Part shown: in pieces, positions 12,426-24,649 of the stretch
Layout of the letters: each line of letters begins with the position of its first letter
Position numbering within the stretch: position 1 is the first letter of the stretch
Origin: Chiloscyllium plagiosum
Taxonomy: Eukaryota
Direction of reading: 5' to 3'
Length of the DNA stretch: 64,000 bases
Assembly (NCBI RefSeq): GCF_004010195.1
Contig: NC_057760.1
Location: 112,871-176,870, forward strand
Notes under the pieces: model-generated
What the model saw: only the letters and a program-made list of their open reading frames with translations
Database searches by the model: none
What the model was told of the DNA's origin: nothing
Position numbers and translations under genes: made by a program

Positions 12426-13378
12426 AGGGGGACGAGGGCGAGAGCGAGAGAGGGGGACGAGGGCGAGAGCGAGAGAGGGGGACGAGGGCGAGAGCGAGAG
12501 AGGGGGACGAGGGCGAGAGCGAGAGAGGGGGACGAGGGCGAGAGCGAGAGAGGGGGACGAGGGCGAGAGCGAGAGAGGGGGACGAGGGCGAGAGCGAGAG
12601 AGGGGGACGAGGGCGAGAGCGAGAGAGGGGGACGAGGGCGAGAGCGAGAGAGGGGGACGAGGGCGAGAGCGAGAGAGGGGGACGAGGGCGAGAGCGAGAG
12701 AGGGGGACGAGGGCGAGAGCGAGAGAGGGGGACGAGGGCGAGAGCGAGAGAGGGGGACGAGGGCGAGAGCGAGAGAGGGGGACGAGGGCGAGAGCGAGAG
12801 AGGGGGACGAGGGCGAGAGCGAGAGAGGGGGACGAGGGCGAGAGCGAGAGAGGGGGACGAGGGCGAGAGCGAGAGAGGGGGACGAGGGCGAGAGCGAGAG
12901 AGGGGGACGAGGGCGAGAGCGAGAGAGGGGGACGAGGGCGAGAGCGAGAGAGGGGGACGAGGGCGAGAGCGAGAGAGGGGGACGAGGGCGAGAGCGAGAG
13001 AGGGGGACGAGGGCGAGAGCGAGAGAGGGGGACGAGGGCGAGAGCGAGAGAGGGGGACGAGGGCGAGAGCGAGAGAGGGGGACGAGGGCGAGAGCGAGAG
13101 AGGGGGACGAGGGCGAGAGCGAGAGAGGGGGACGAGGGCGAGAGCGAGAGAGGGGGACGAGGGCGAGAGCGAGAGAGGGGGACGAGGGCGAGAGCGAGAG
13201 AGGGGGACGAGGGCGAGAGCGAGAGAGGGGGACGAGGGCGAGAGCGAGAGAGGGGGACGAGGGCGAGAGCGAGAGAGGGGGACGAGGGCGAGAGCGAGAG
13301 AGGGGGACGAGGAGGGGGGGAGCGAGAGAGGGGGGGGGAGAGCGAGAGAGAGAGAGCGAGAGAGCGAGAGAGAGAGAG
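12426..13378. repeat. Perfect 25-bp minisatellite (GACGAGGGCGAGAGCGAGAGAGGGG) x about 35, decaying into (GA)n
   Basis: Exact 25-bp periodicity from about 12426 to 13310; no T on the plus strand. Confidence 0.97.
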
Positions 13379-14266
13379 ACTTATTTCTGTTCTCCAGCCC
13401 TATATTTAAATTAACATTAAAAGCCTCCAACTCCTTTTTAATGACACTGATAACTCCCAGGTGACACAAGCAACAGTTAGTCCAGGGAGTGTCAATTCAA
13501 ATGAAGGGCATTTAACTGTGAACTCTGGGCAATACGATTAATGCAGCCACTCCCAGCTATTTACTTATCAACTTACACTCCACCAGAAGGCAACCCTGAC
13601 AGGAGTGCGGTAGGAATACTTCAGTGTAATGGCACCATCCTGTGACACAGTACACAGGACCCCGAGTCACACGATCAAATCGGGGCAAAGAGACAGCTCT
13701 CTGTAAAACAAAATATAAAGGGGGCCATTGTCATCCTGACCACGTGGCCTCCCCTCCCCCTTGGGGAATGTCAGGAATCTCCCGACAGCTCGTAAACAAG
13801 TCTCGCTTTAAGTATAATCTGGGGGAGACTTGTACACAAGTGGATTTCCTACACTGTGGCAGCGCTGCAATGATTGAAACTGGCTGCCTTTTAATCTTCG
13901 GGGGGGTGGGGCGGGCGGTGCTTCCTGAGACAGGGAAGGGCGCTACAGAAATGCAGGCCTTTGCCTTTAAAGATACACGGAGTCTTTTTTTCCTCTCAAA
14001 TCAGAGTTTTCCCCATGATGGACTGACACTGGACTTGGAGTCTCAACTCCCTCTAGTACCGTGTCTCAGATCTCCAGCATCCACAGAACTCTCTCTCAGT
14101 GGTGAATATAACCAGAAGGGAAAAGGGGTAGAGAAAGGGGCAGAGCAATTTGGCCAGGGGGAGATTAGGGCAGCAGAGAAGTGTGTGGGAGAGGAGTCTG
14201 GGGAGCCTGTGGAATTCTTAGCCACTGACAGCGAATGTTTTCCAGAAGGAGTTGGTTATAGTTCTG

Positions 14267-14570
14267 TGGGGCGGTACGGTAGCTCAGCAGTTAGCACTGC
14301 TGCCTCACAACGCCAGGGTTCCAGGTTCGATTCCAGCCTCGGAGTTTGCACATTCTCCCCTCATGTCTGTGTGGGTTTCCTCTGGGTGCTCCGGTTTCCT
14401 CCCACAGTCCAAAAGTGTGCAGGTTAGGGTGAATTGGCCATGTTAAATTGTCCCATAGCGTTAGGTGCGTTAGTCAGAGGGAAATGGGTCTGGGTGGGTT
14501 ACTCTTCAGAGGGTCGGTGTGGACTTGTTGGGCCGAAGGGCCTGTTTCCACACTGTAGGGAATCTAATAA
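14267..14570 (+). mobile_element. HE1/V-SINE
   Basis: Head, V-domain and tail gggccgaagggcctgtttccacactgtagggaatcta. Confidence 0.9.
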
Positions 14571-15479
14571 TAAAAAAAGGGATCAAAGAGGAGAAAGCAC
14601 CGAGTTGGAGGATCAATCGTGATAGGATGGAATAGCAAATCAGGCTCAAAGGGCTGAATGGCCTGCTTCCACACTGCAGGGATTCTGTATGATTCTTTCT
14701 ACGATTTCAATGGCTGAGTTATCTCAGGAAAGATGGAAGTGGAGATCGGGACTGATTTTCATTCTTGACTCCATCTGACCACCTACAGCCCCCTCGTTCA
14801 GTGGATGTGGGATTCTCTGTCAATGCCTCATTACCCAGCGGGCAGGTAAGTGTCAACCACAGAGTCTGGAGTCACATGTAGGCCAGTCCAGGTAAGGATG
14901 GCAGATTCCTTCCCTCAAGGACATGAGCAAACCAGATGGATTATGCCTGACCCTTGTTCCTGACTCTTAATTCCAGACTTTTTTTTTTAAAATTGAATTC
15001 AAACTGCACCACCTGCCATGGTGGGATTCAAACCCGGGTCCCCCGATCATCGCCTGGCGGCCAAGTTAATAATCTAACAGTAAAACCTCTACGCCAGCAA
15101 CCACTTCCCCGAGCAAAGCCTATCAATCTTTATTTTGACTTTTCGAACAGACCCCTACATTTCCTGCAGCTTTGAGAGAAAACACGTGATTCCTGACGTC
15201 ACTACGAATAGTCCTGGGTGGAATGATAAAGATTCGCACCCCCACCCCCTCCAAATTGTTCTGCCTCTTTTCAAAAGGACAGTCTCCATCAATCCCATTG
15301 AATCCTTTAATTGTCTTAAGCCCCTCAATTATAGACCACCCCATAGACTTCAACACTTGAGGGATATATCTACAGGACTAGTTGGCAAAGGTTTCAAAAA
15401 CACAAGGCTTGACATTCCCAATACAACTGGGGAGAACGGATCGCAAGTGAACAGGGACTGAATTAGTGAGCAGATATGG

Positions 15480-15700
15480 AGGTGAAGGAGCGCCGCACTG
15501 TCGGAGCCGAGGGAGCGGGCACTGTCGGAGGGTCAGCGCCGAGGGAGCGGGCACTGTCGGAGGGTCAGCGCCGAGGGAGCAGGTGCTGTCTGTGATGGAA
15601 CCGTTTATGTGAAGTTCCCATTCAGCCTCCTCTCAGTACAAGACCACGCTGCTGCTACCGAATAGCAACTCTCTCCCTGACATCCTGATCAAAACTTAAA
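15480..15700 (+). mobile_element. Decayed Deu-domain SINE with about 3 copies of the 32-bp gagggagcgggcactgtcggagggtcagcgc unit
   Basis: Same unit as the 46.9-49.1 kb array, followed by degenerate Deu-like sequence. Confidence 0.55.
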
Positions 15701-16017
15701 CATGACAGAAATACAGGTAACCCAGGTCACCCTCACAGCACGGATTGTCAGTGTGCGGGGCGCTGATTGGCTGCAATATTTCCTGCGTCACAGCACCTCG
15801 AGGGGAATTCCCTGGCTGTGCGTATCAAGTCGGTCAACGCGAGTTTGTCCTTCCATGGTCAAGTTGATCTTCGAGCGTCTATGGCACAGGATCTTCATCC
15901 TTGAATCCATATCAGATGCTCAGGCAGTATCCCCACACGCTCCCCTTTCCCTCACTCTGTCCCAGCTCCCAAGCCTGGACTCGGAGATACGAGAAAGAAA
16001 TACCTGAAAACACTCAC

Positions 16018-16122
16018 CATCGAGAAGCCTTGGCTCGCCATGTCTCCTGACCCGACGTGCGTTAAGTGCACGAAGTTCATGGGTTCCCCGATCATGCTCC
16101 TGTCGATACGTTTCCGCTTTTT
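16018..16122 (-). CDS. CDC42SE1: CDC42 small effector, coding exon 2 with basic patch and CRIB motif ([35 protein letters not shown])
   Basis: Inside ORF 15952..16140; acceptor ttcttcag|AAA, donor ATG|gtgagt; 105 nt, phase 0; [14 protein letters not shown] is the SPEC1-type CRIB motif. Confidence 0.95.
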
Positions 16123-17114
16123 CTGAAGAATCAAAGCCATGGGTTAATGCGGCAAGACCACGTCACAGTCCCGTCTCTCTGGGTCCTACCTCTCCACACA
16201 ACCAACAGCTAAATGCAGAATACAGGAGCCATTTCCACTTCCTATCTCTGTCACCCCCTCCAGCCCCCTACACCCCCTCCCTATCCCTGTCAACTACTCC
16301 TTTGCTCCTCACATCCCGGTAAATCGGAACAAACAATACATACTGAGTGAGTTTAACAAAGTCCACATTCTGGCCTGGAATTTTTTTTTTAAAAATCAAC
16401 CAAAGTACAGGGGTACTGTCATATTAAAGGAAAAGTACTGGAAATCTGAAGTACTGGGTGCTGTAAATCTGAAACAAGCAGGAATTTCTGGACAAACTCA
16501 GCAGGTCTGACAGTATCTGTGGAGACAGAGTAAAAATCAAAGAACCTGCAAAGCTCCCCCCTTGATACCAAACCTTTCCAACAACTTTTTCACTTACAGA
16601 AACCAAGTTATGATCGAAAGTAGGAAGAATAGGCAGCCGGATTACACACAGTAAGCTCCCACATTTGGAAAGCACCCAGATCATCTCCTTTCAAAATGGT
16701 ATTGGTTGAGAAACAGGTTCCGGACCCACTCCAGGAAGTATGTTCCATCACAGAAAGTCTGGTGGCGAAGATATAACCAGATCCAATCTTTGCACGTTTG
16801 TAAAAGTACTTATTTACAGAGATCCAGGCACCAAACCACGCACCTCCTCACACAACCGTCATTTTGTCGTCTTATCGGAGAGGAGTGCAGATGAGTTTCC
16901 AGTTAATCTCTGCTACCTACGTTCATGAACACTCCATGAAGAATCTTCCGGATACTCCTGGTGCCAGTACTGATTGGCACCTACACTGTTCATGGGGAAT
17001 AATTTCTGTGGATAACACCTGGACGTGAGAGACTCCACAGATACTCTTACAGCAGAAGTGGGCAGGGGGTAATGGGATTTCTTCCTGGAGAGGGGTGGTG
17101 CTGAACATTTGTCA

Positions 17115-18490
17115 CAGACCTATGGCACGGAAACTGACCCTTCGGTCCAACCGGTCCATGTCGATCATAATCCCAAACTAAACTAGTCCCACCTGCCTGC
17201 CCCTGGCCCATATCCCTCCAAACCTTTCCTCAATGTCTTTTAAACATTGAACCGTACCCGCATCCACCACTTCCTCAGGAAGTTCATTCCACACACGAAC
17301 CACCCTGTTTAAACAAATTTGCCTGTCTTGTCTTTTTTTTTTAAATCTCTCCCCTCTCACCTTAAAAACGTGCCCCTAGTCTTGAAATCCCCCAACCTAG
17401 GGAAAAGACAACAAACTCTATCTACAAGGCAGTCCAACCATTTAAATACAGCAGCTACAAGAGCAAGTCAGAAGCTGGGAATCTCACCTCCAGACTCCCC
17501 AAAGCCTGCCCAAGGGACACGTCAGGAGTGTGATGGAATACTCCCCACTTACCCTGGACGGGAGCATCTCCAACAACACCTGAGAAGCTTGACACCAACC
17601 AGGACAAAGCAGCCCACTTGTCTGGCACCACGTCCACGAGCATCCATTCCCTCCATCACAGACGCTCAGTCGCAGCAGCGTGTACCATCTACAAGATCCA
17701 CTGCAGCAACTCACCAAGGCTCCTTAAACAGCACCTTCCAAACCCACAACCACTACCACCTGAAAGGATAAGGGCAGCAGATACATGGGAACACCTACAG
17801 ACTCCCCTTCGAGCCACTCGCCATTCTGACTTGGAAATACAATCGGCTGTTCCTTCACTGTCGCTGGGTAAAACTCCTGGAACTCTCTCCCTCTTGGCAT
17901 TGGCCTATAACCACACATTGGGAGTGGGGGAGATGTGGTTTGGGGGGGGGGGGGGGGGGGGGCCTGGGGCCACAGCAGTTCAGGAAGGCAGCTCACCAGC
18001 TTCTGAACGGTATTGGGAGATGGGCAATTATGACCCAGCCTGCAACATCCACAAATGAATAAAAACTGGACCATCAGGTCACCTCCCTGCATTCGTCCTG
18101 GTGGGATCTTGCTGTGTGCAAACTGGCTGTCATTTTTCGTCTGGCTTCGAAAGTACACCGGTTTACCGTTCAATTGTGGCTGGTCTGCCTTATGTCAATT
18201 AACCAGCTTCATGACAGAGCAAAGAAAATAGAGCATAGAACATGAGCGCAGTACAGGCCCTTCGACCCTCGATGTTGTGCCAACCTTTCCTAATCTAAGA
18301 TCAAACTCACCTACATACCCTTCATTGTACTATCTTCCATGCGCCTATCCAAGAGTTGCTTAATGTACCTGACTCTACTACTACTGCTGGCAGTGTATTC
18401 CACACACCCACCACTCTCTGTGTAAAGAACCTACCTCTGACATCACCCCTAAACCTTTCTCCAATCACCTTAAAATAACGCCCCCTCGTG
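17115..18490. mobile_element. Cluster of CR1-clade LINE fragments (minus about 17115-17420, plus about 17435-18065, minus about 18235-18490)
   Basis: RVVRVWNELP / [17 protein letters not shown] motifs; gtcaggagtgtgatggaatac (VRSVMEY) in the plus-strand piece. Confidence 0.75.
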
Positions 18491-18689
18491 ATTGAACGAG
18501 AACTTATTGCCCTCAAGGGTTTTAAGCCCCTAGCAACAATTCATTCTCACCAATCCCTTTCAAAACATCCAACATCTAACAGGGGTTGGCAGTAAAGAGG
18601 AAGAGACAGTGCGTTGCGTGCAGAAGATATTAAAAATCTTGAATGTCAAAGCATTCACTCCCAGTATGAATTTTTAAATCAAATCTTAA

Positions 18690-20555
18690 AGTTATAGAGG
18701 TTTAAAAAATTATGAGGGGCATGGATAGGGTAAATAGACAAAGTCTTTTCCCTGGGGTGGAGGAGTCCAGAACTAGAGGGGCATAGGTTTAAGGTGAGGG
18801 CAGAAAGATATAAAAGAGACCTATGCGGCAACGTTTTCACGCAGAGGGTGGTATGGCTATGGAATGAGCTGCCAGAGGAAGTGATGGAGGCTGGTACAAT
18901 TGCAACATTTAAGAGGCATTTGGATGAGTATATGAATAGGAAGGGTTGGGAGAGATATGGGCCGGGTGCTAGCAGGTGGGACTAGATTGGGTTGGGATAT
19001 CTGGTCGGCACGGACGGGTTGGACCGAAGGGTCTGTTTCCACGCTGTACATTTCCATGACTGCACTCTGCCAATAATTCCAGACCAAATCAATTTAATCG
19101 CGATGGTGGGCAAACATGTAGAAAGTCATTCCGTATAGAATTCATAGTCGCACAGGTAAGTGTCGGATGATTCGGAAGGATGGGCATGAAGTTGTCCACT
19201 TGCGTCCAATTCTTTTTGATGAGAGGGTAATGCTATGGATGTGGTATATAGGGATTTGTAGAAAGCATGTGACACCACAGGGCTAGTGAGGAAGGTTACA
19301 GCTTGTGGAATAGAAGTGACTATACCAACGTGGACAGACTGGGACTTTTTTTTTTTTAAAAACTGCAGCGTAGGATTTGAGAGGTGACCTGATAGAAGTT
19401 TATAAAATAATGAGGGGGAGAGACAGGGTTAATGGTAGTTGTCTTTTCCTGAAGATGAGGAATTTCAAGACTACAGGACACATTTTTAAGATGAAAGGAG
19501 ATTGTGAAAAAAATTGTTACACAGAGGGTAGTTCATAAGTAGAATGAACTTCCTGAGGAAGTGGTGGATGTGGGTACAGTTACAACATTTAAAAGACATT
19601 TGGATAAGTACACGAACAAGAAAGAGTTGAGGAGTGACGTGCAGAAAAAGCACAGCCGGTCAGGCAGCATCCGAGAAGCAGGAGAATCGATGTTTCAGGC
19701 ATAAGCCCTTCATCAGGAATACAGAGCACTCACAGGAAACCCACGTAGAGAGGGGAAAACATGCAAACTCCACTCACCCAAGGTTGAGATCAAACCTGGG
19801 TCCCTGGCACCGTGCGGCAGCAGCACTAACCACTGAGCCACTGTGCCACCCAGTGGGAGTAGGGAGGTTATATAAGACACTGGTCAGATAACTGGAGTAT
19901 TGTGTAAGGTTTTGGGCACCACCGTTTAGGAAAGATGTGTGGGAGAGTCCAAAACTAGAGGGCATAGGTTGAAGGTGAGAAGGCAAAGATTGAAAAGGGA
20001 CCTAAGGGGCAACCTTTTCACACAGAGGGTGGTGCGTGTATGAGCTGCCAGAGGAAGTGGTGGAGGCTGGTACAATTAGATTAGATTAGATTCCCTACAG
20101 TGTGAAAACAGGCCTTTCGGCCCACCAAGTCCACACCGACCCTCCGAAAAGCGACTCCCCCAGACCCATTCCCCTACATTTTCCCCTGACTAATGCACCT
20201 AACACTACGGGGAATTTAGCATGGCCAATTCACCTGACCTGCACACCTTTGGACTGTGGGAAGAAACCAGAGCATCTGGAGAAAATCCACGCAGACACGG
20301 GGAGAATGTGCAAACTCCACACAGACAGTCACCCGAGGCTAGAATTGTACCTGGGTCCCTGGTGCTGTGAGGCAGCAGTGCTAACCACTGAGCCACCGTG
20401 CTGCATTTAAAAGGTATCTGGATGGGGACACGAATAGGGAGGGTTTAGAGGGATATGGGCAGACAAATGGGGCTAGATTACTTTAGAATATCTGGTTAGC
20501 AAGGACGAGTTGGACTGAAGGATCTGTTCCCATGCTGTACAGCTCTATGACTCAA
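18690..20555 (+). mobile_element. Nested CR1 3' fragments with inserted minus-strand HE1 SINEs (about 19730-19850 and 20078-20400)
   Basis: FTQRVVWLWNELPEEV...RWD ORF; reverse-complemented SINE heads. Confidence 0.8.
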
Positions 20556-21631
20556 GCTCATAACTGGAAATGCGGAGGAAGTATACGATAACGGGTCTAG
20601 GACTGAAAAACTACAGCAATGAGGACTGATTGGAGGAAGTTGGAAGGCTGACAGGAAGTTTGATAGATGCTTTGCATATCACGTGGATAAACTGCTCCCA
20701 CCCGTAAAACAGGACACAGTTTTAAAGTCTCTTGCAGGAGTAAACGCAAAGTAAGGGATGCTTCCACGTGCGTTTTTTTTAAACATACATTCAGAGGATG
20801 AGGGCATCACTGGCTGGTTTATTGCTCAGTTAAGAGTCAACCACATTACTGTGGGTCGGGAGTCATATGTTAGGGCTGAACCGAAGGGGCTGTTTTTGTG
20901 CTCTACGTGGGGGTTGCTGGCTGGGCCAGTATTTATCACACATCCTTAATTGCCCAGAGGGCAGTTAAATGTCAACACCATCGCGGTGGGTCTGGAGTCA
21001 CATGTACGCCAGACCAGACAAGGATGGCAGCTTCCTTCCGTGAAGGCCTAACTTCTGCTCTTACGTCTTATTTACTTACCCAAGAAGCACTGGACAGGCT
21101 GCATTGTTCTTTGAATAGTAAAGATTACATTCAGGTAGGATCTGTCATCTCAGATTGATTAGGGCAGTCATTCGTTTTCTCTTCCCGCTCCCCCATCCAT
21201 TCACTGGCTGGGTCAACAATTCTTGTCTACCCTGAGCTGCCCCAAATTAGTGTGGTTAAGAGTCAACCTCATCACTGCAGGGGGGTGGGGTGGGGGTCGG
21301 GGTTCTGTCACCAGGTAAGGACGGCCCATTTCCTTCCCCCCTGTTGGTGATTCGCCCCCCGCCCCCTTACCCCTGATGGGTGTTTTCGTCAGTCACCGTC
21401 ACAGAGATGAGTTGTCGATTGCTTTTCGACAGTTTCCGAACCAAGGAAGGAGACAGCCCAATGGTATTATCGCTGGGATTAGTAATCTTGAGACCCCCCA
21501 TGTAATGTTCTGAGGAAGGGTCACCGGACCCAAAACGTTAACTCTGTATTTCTCTCCACAGCCACTGCCAGACCTGCTGAGCTTTTCCAGCAACCTCTGG
21601 GGACCTGGGTTCGAAACCTGCATCGTGGCAA

Positions 21632-21861
21632 ATGTCAGAATTTGAATTTTTTTAAAAAAAAAACGAAGATTATTGTCAATTGTCAGGGGTTTAGGAAAAA
21701 AAAAACCCACCTGGCTCACTAATATTCTTTAGGGTGGGAAACTGCTATGTCAGAATTTGAATTTTTAAAAAAAAAAACGAAGATTATTGTCAATTGTCAG
21801 GGGTTTAGGAAAAAAAAAAACCCACCTGGCTCACTAATATTCTTTAGGGTGGGAAACTGCT
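21632..21861. repeat. 115-bp tandem duplication (21632-21746 / 21747-21861)
   Basis: Two adjacent copies that appear identical apart from homopolymer lengths. Confidence 0.92.
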
Positions 21862-22311
21862 ACTCTTACCTGGCCTACACGTGACTTCAGACAAAAACAT
21901 ACCTATCTCTGATTTAACATGAACAACAGCCTGCAAAACATTATTTGTCACTATATTGCGGTACATGCTACAATAATAAATCAAATCAAATCGAGAAACA
22001 GCTCCAAACCTGTATACATACAAGTGGTTCTTAACATCTCTGACAAATTCTTAAGACTAGTTCTAGAATCTGCCACCGGAGGAAATTATTTGTCTTTACC
22101 TGCCCTGACTTTTCCCTGCTTAAAAAACAAATTTGAGACTTAATTCACTGATCAAATTGGTGCCAAGGTGGGATTCAAACTCAAATCCAGTGGCATTCCC
22201 GTCATCATGAGAAAGAGATGATGCTCCACCGATGGTTAGTCTCACCAAAGGCTGAGTCAGGAGCAGAGTTGTGAAGAGACCAGGCCGAGAGAACAATCAT
22301 CCCCTGCTTAC

Positions 22312-22365
22312 CGGCTGGGTCTTCTCAACCTCCGAGCAGCCAAAACACAACCAGAAATCGCTCAT
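22312..22365 (-). CDS. CDC42SE1: CDC42 small effector, coding exon 1 (MSDFWLCFGCSEVEKTQP)
   Basis: Manual translation of the minus strand; ATG in gggaATGA context, donor CCG|gtaagc; resembles the N-termini of vertebrate CDC42SE1 (MSEFWHKLGCCVVEKPQP) and CDC42SE2 (MSEFWLCFNCCIAEQPQP). Not in the ORF track because it is only 18 codons. Confidence 0.92.
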
Positions 22366-22602
22366 TCCCTCTGGTTTATGCCAATGCCTCCTGGACGAGT
22401 TCACTTAGGTGTAGGATGGTCCCCTTAACCCTGCCCCGACACACGTGCCTCAATCCGGCGGGGGGAGTCGACAGACTACATGGGGCAGTCAGCCTGCATT
22501 TACAAATCACGGCTGGCGGGTAAGGGATATCTGCCGTAGGTCAAGTTCAGCTCGCTTGGCTCCCTGCGGTCTTTCAAAGTCCTGTTCTGGTTGAGCCCGA
22601 TC
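22366..22602 (-). other. CDC42SE1: 5' UTR part of the ATG-containing exon
   Basis: Acceptor tttcttctccctccgacag|GAT at 22602; unique, CpG-containing sequence contiguous with the start codon. Confidence 0.7.
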
Positions 22603-23319
22603 CTGTCGGAGGGAGAAGAAACAGATTATTGTCGCTGCAGCTCAGGAGATGACGGGAATCGTGACGGAAGAGAATTCCTTCCTGCGCAAAAATAAGAAAC
22701 ATTCTGAATGCCCCGACCTTTTCTCCTGCCACCAATCTCAGTCAGCTTCAGAAACTGACTTTATTGGTCAGTGCATTGAGCATAAGATTTGGGAGGTCAT
22801 GTTACAGCTGTACAGGAGGAGATTGGTTAGGCCACCTTTGGATTACTGCATTCAGTTCTGGTCTCCCTGCTATAGGAAGGAAGCTGTTAAAACTTAAAAT
22901 GGTGCAGAAAAGATGTACAAGGCTGTTGCCAGGGTTGGACTTTGGACTATCTTCCCTGGGCTGGGCGTACATTTGACTCCAGACCCACAGCAATTGCCTC
23001 TTAGCTAAGTTTCACAACACCTGAGTGAGACACTAGTTCAGAGGCATTGAGATAGGATCAATTGCTGACCCAGCCAGTGACACAGACATTCCAAGAAATG
23101 GAGTCAGTGTTAATGGTCCATTTTTGTTAGTTTGTTTACACTGGTGCTTGTTATTTGGGTTGAGGGTCTGGGAGAGTGCCCTGGACTATTCTAGAGGAAG
23201 CCCAAAATTGGGCTGTGGGATTCTGAGGCTGGGTTTCCTTTGATCCCGGCGTTCCAGGACTCTCCCAGCACAGGAAGATGCCAATCAGCTACCCCTGTGA
23301 AGTAACAGCACGATCCCAT

Positions 23320-24250
23320 TTAGAGTCATACAGCATGGAAACAGACCCTTTGGTCCAACTCATCCATGCCAACCAGATATCCTAAATTAATCTAGTCCCA
23401 TTTGGCAGCACTTAGCCTGTATCCCTCTAAACCCTTCCTATTCATATACACCCATTCAGATACCTGTTAAATGTTGTCATTGTACAGCCACCACCACTTC
23501 CTCTGGCAGCTTGTTCCATACACACACCACCCTCTACGTGAAAATATTGCCCCTTAGGTCCTTTTTAAATCTTACCTCTCTCACCTTAAACATATGCCCT
23601 CTAGTTTTGGACTCCCCTACTGTGGATAAAGACGTTGATTATTCACTCTATCAATGTCCCTCATGATTTTATAAACCTCTATAAGGTCACCCCTCAGCCT
23701 CTGATGCTCCAGGGAAAATAGCCCCAACCTGTTCAGCCTCTGCCTGTAGCTCAAACCCTCCAACCCCAGCAACATCCTTGTAAATCTTTTCTGAACCCCT
23801 TCAAGTTTCACATCCTTCCTATAGCAGGGAGTCCAGAATTCAATGCAGTATTCCAAAAGTGGTCTTGGACAGCCACAACATTACGTTCTAACTCCTATAC
23901 TCAATGCACTGAATAAAGGCAGGCATACCAAACAGAGTCATAGAGGTGCACGCCAAGGTCTCTTTTTCGACAACACTCCCCAGGATCCTACCCTTAAGTA
24001 TGTAAGTCCTGATTTGCCTTACCAAAATGCAACCTCACATTTATCTAAATTAAACTCCCATCTGCCACTCCTCGGCCCATCTGATCGAGGTCCCGTTGTA
24101 CTCTGAGGTAACCTCCTTCACTGTCCACCACACCTCCAGTTTTGGTGTCATCAGCAAACTTACTAACCATTCCTCCTACATTCGCATCTAAATCATTTAT
24201 ATAAATGACAAAAAGCAGCGGACCCAGCACCGATCCTTGCGGCACACTGC
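23320..24250 (-). mobile_element. CR1/HER1 LINE RT fragment
   Basis: [19 protein letters not shown]...SKFADDTK RT motifs (ORF 24045..24245). Confidence 0.92.
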
Positions 24251-24649
24251 GTATAGTATCGCCATCTCAAAACACAGAAGGATAAGCCAAAATGGAGAAT
24301 ATAAAGGCAAAAAAAGGGGAGAAAAAAGGTATTCAAATTCACAATCCCTCTTGGTAAGTGCTCCATGCCGCGGGCCATTCGGAGAGGGCAGCCATTTGGC
24401 CCATTACTAGCCCTCGAGTGAGTAGCCTCATAATCCCACGTTTTTGCCTATTTTCTCCCACTTTTCCACCCTATTGTCCGATTTTTCTTTCCCCCCACCC
24501 CCCACTTTTTTTACCCCCACTTCAGCTGTGAGTGGGGCTCTTCTTAATCTCCAATCTGGTTCCTTTCCATCAGACTCCATCATGACCTACCCTCGCATGG
24601 AAATCCGAGCAAGAAGAAAAACGAGCGTCTTGGTTTAACGCCTGATCCA

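Noticed and set aside
12210..13469. Three long ORFs of 380-399 aa
   Set aside because: Artefacts of the T-free 25-bp repeat, which cannot contain stop codons on either strand.
13642..14427. 261-aa ORF
   Set aside because: No recognisable domain, antisense within an intron, and it runs into an HE1 SINE.
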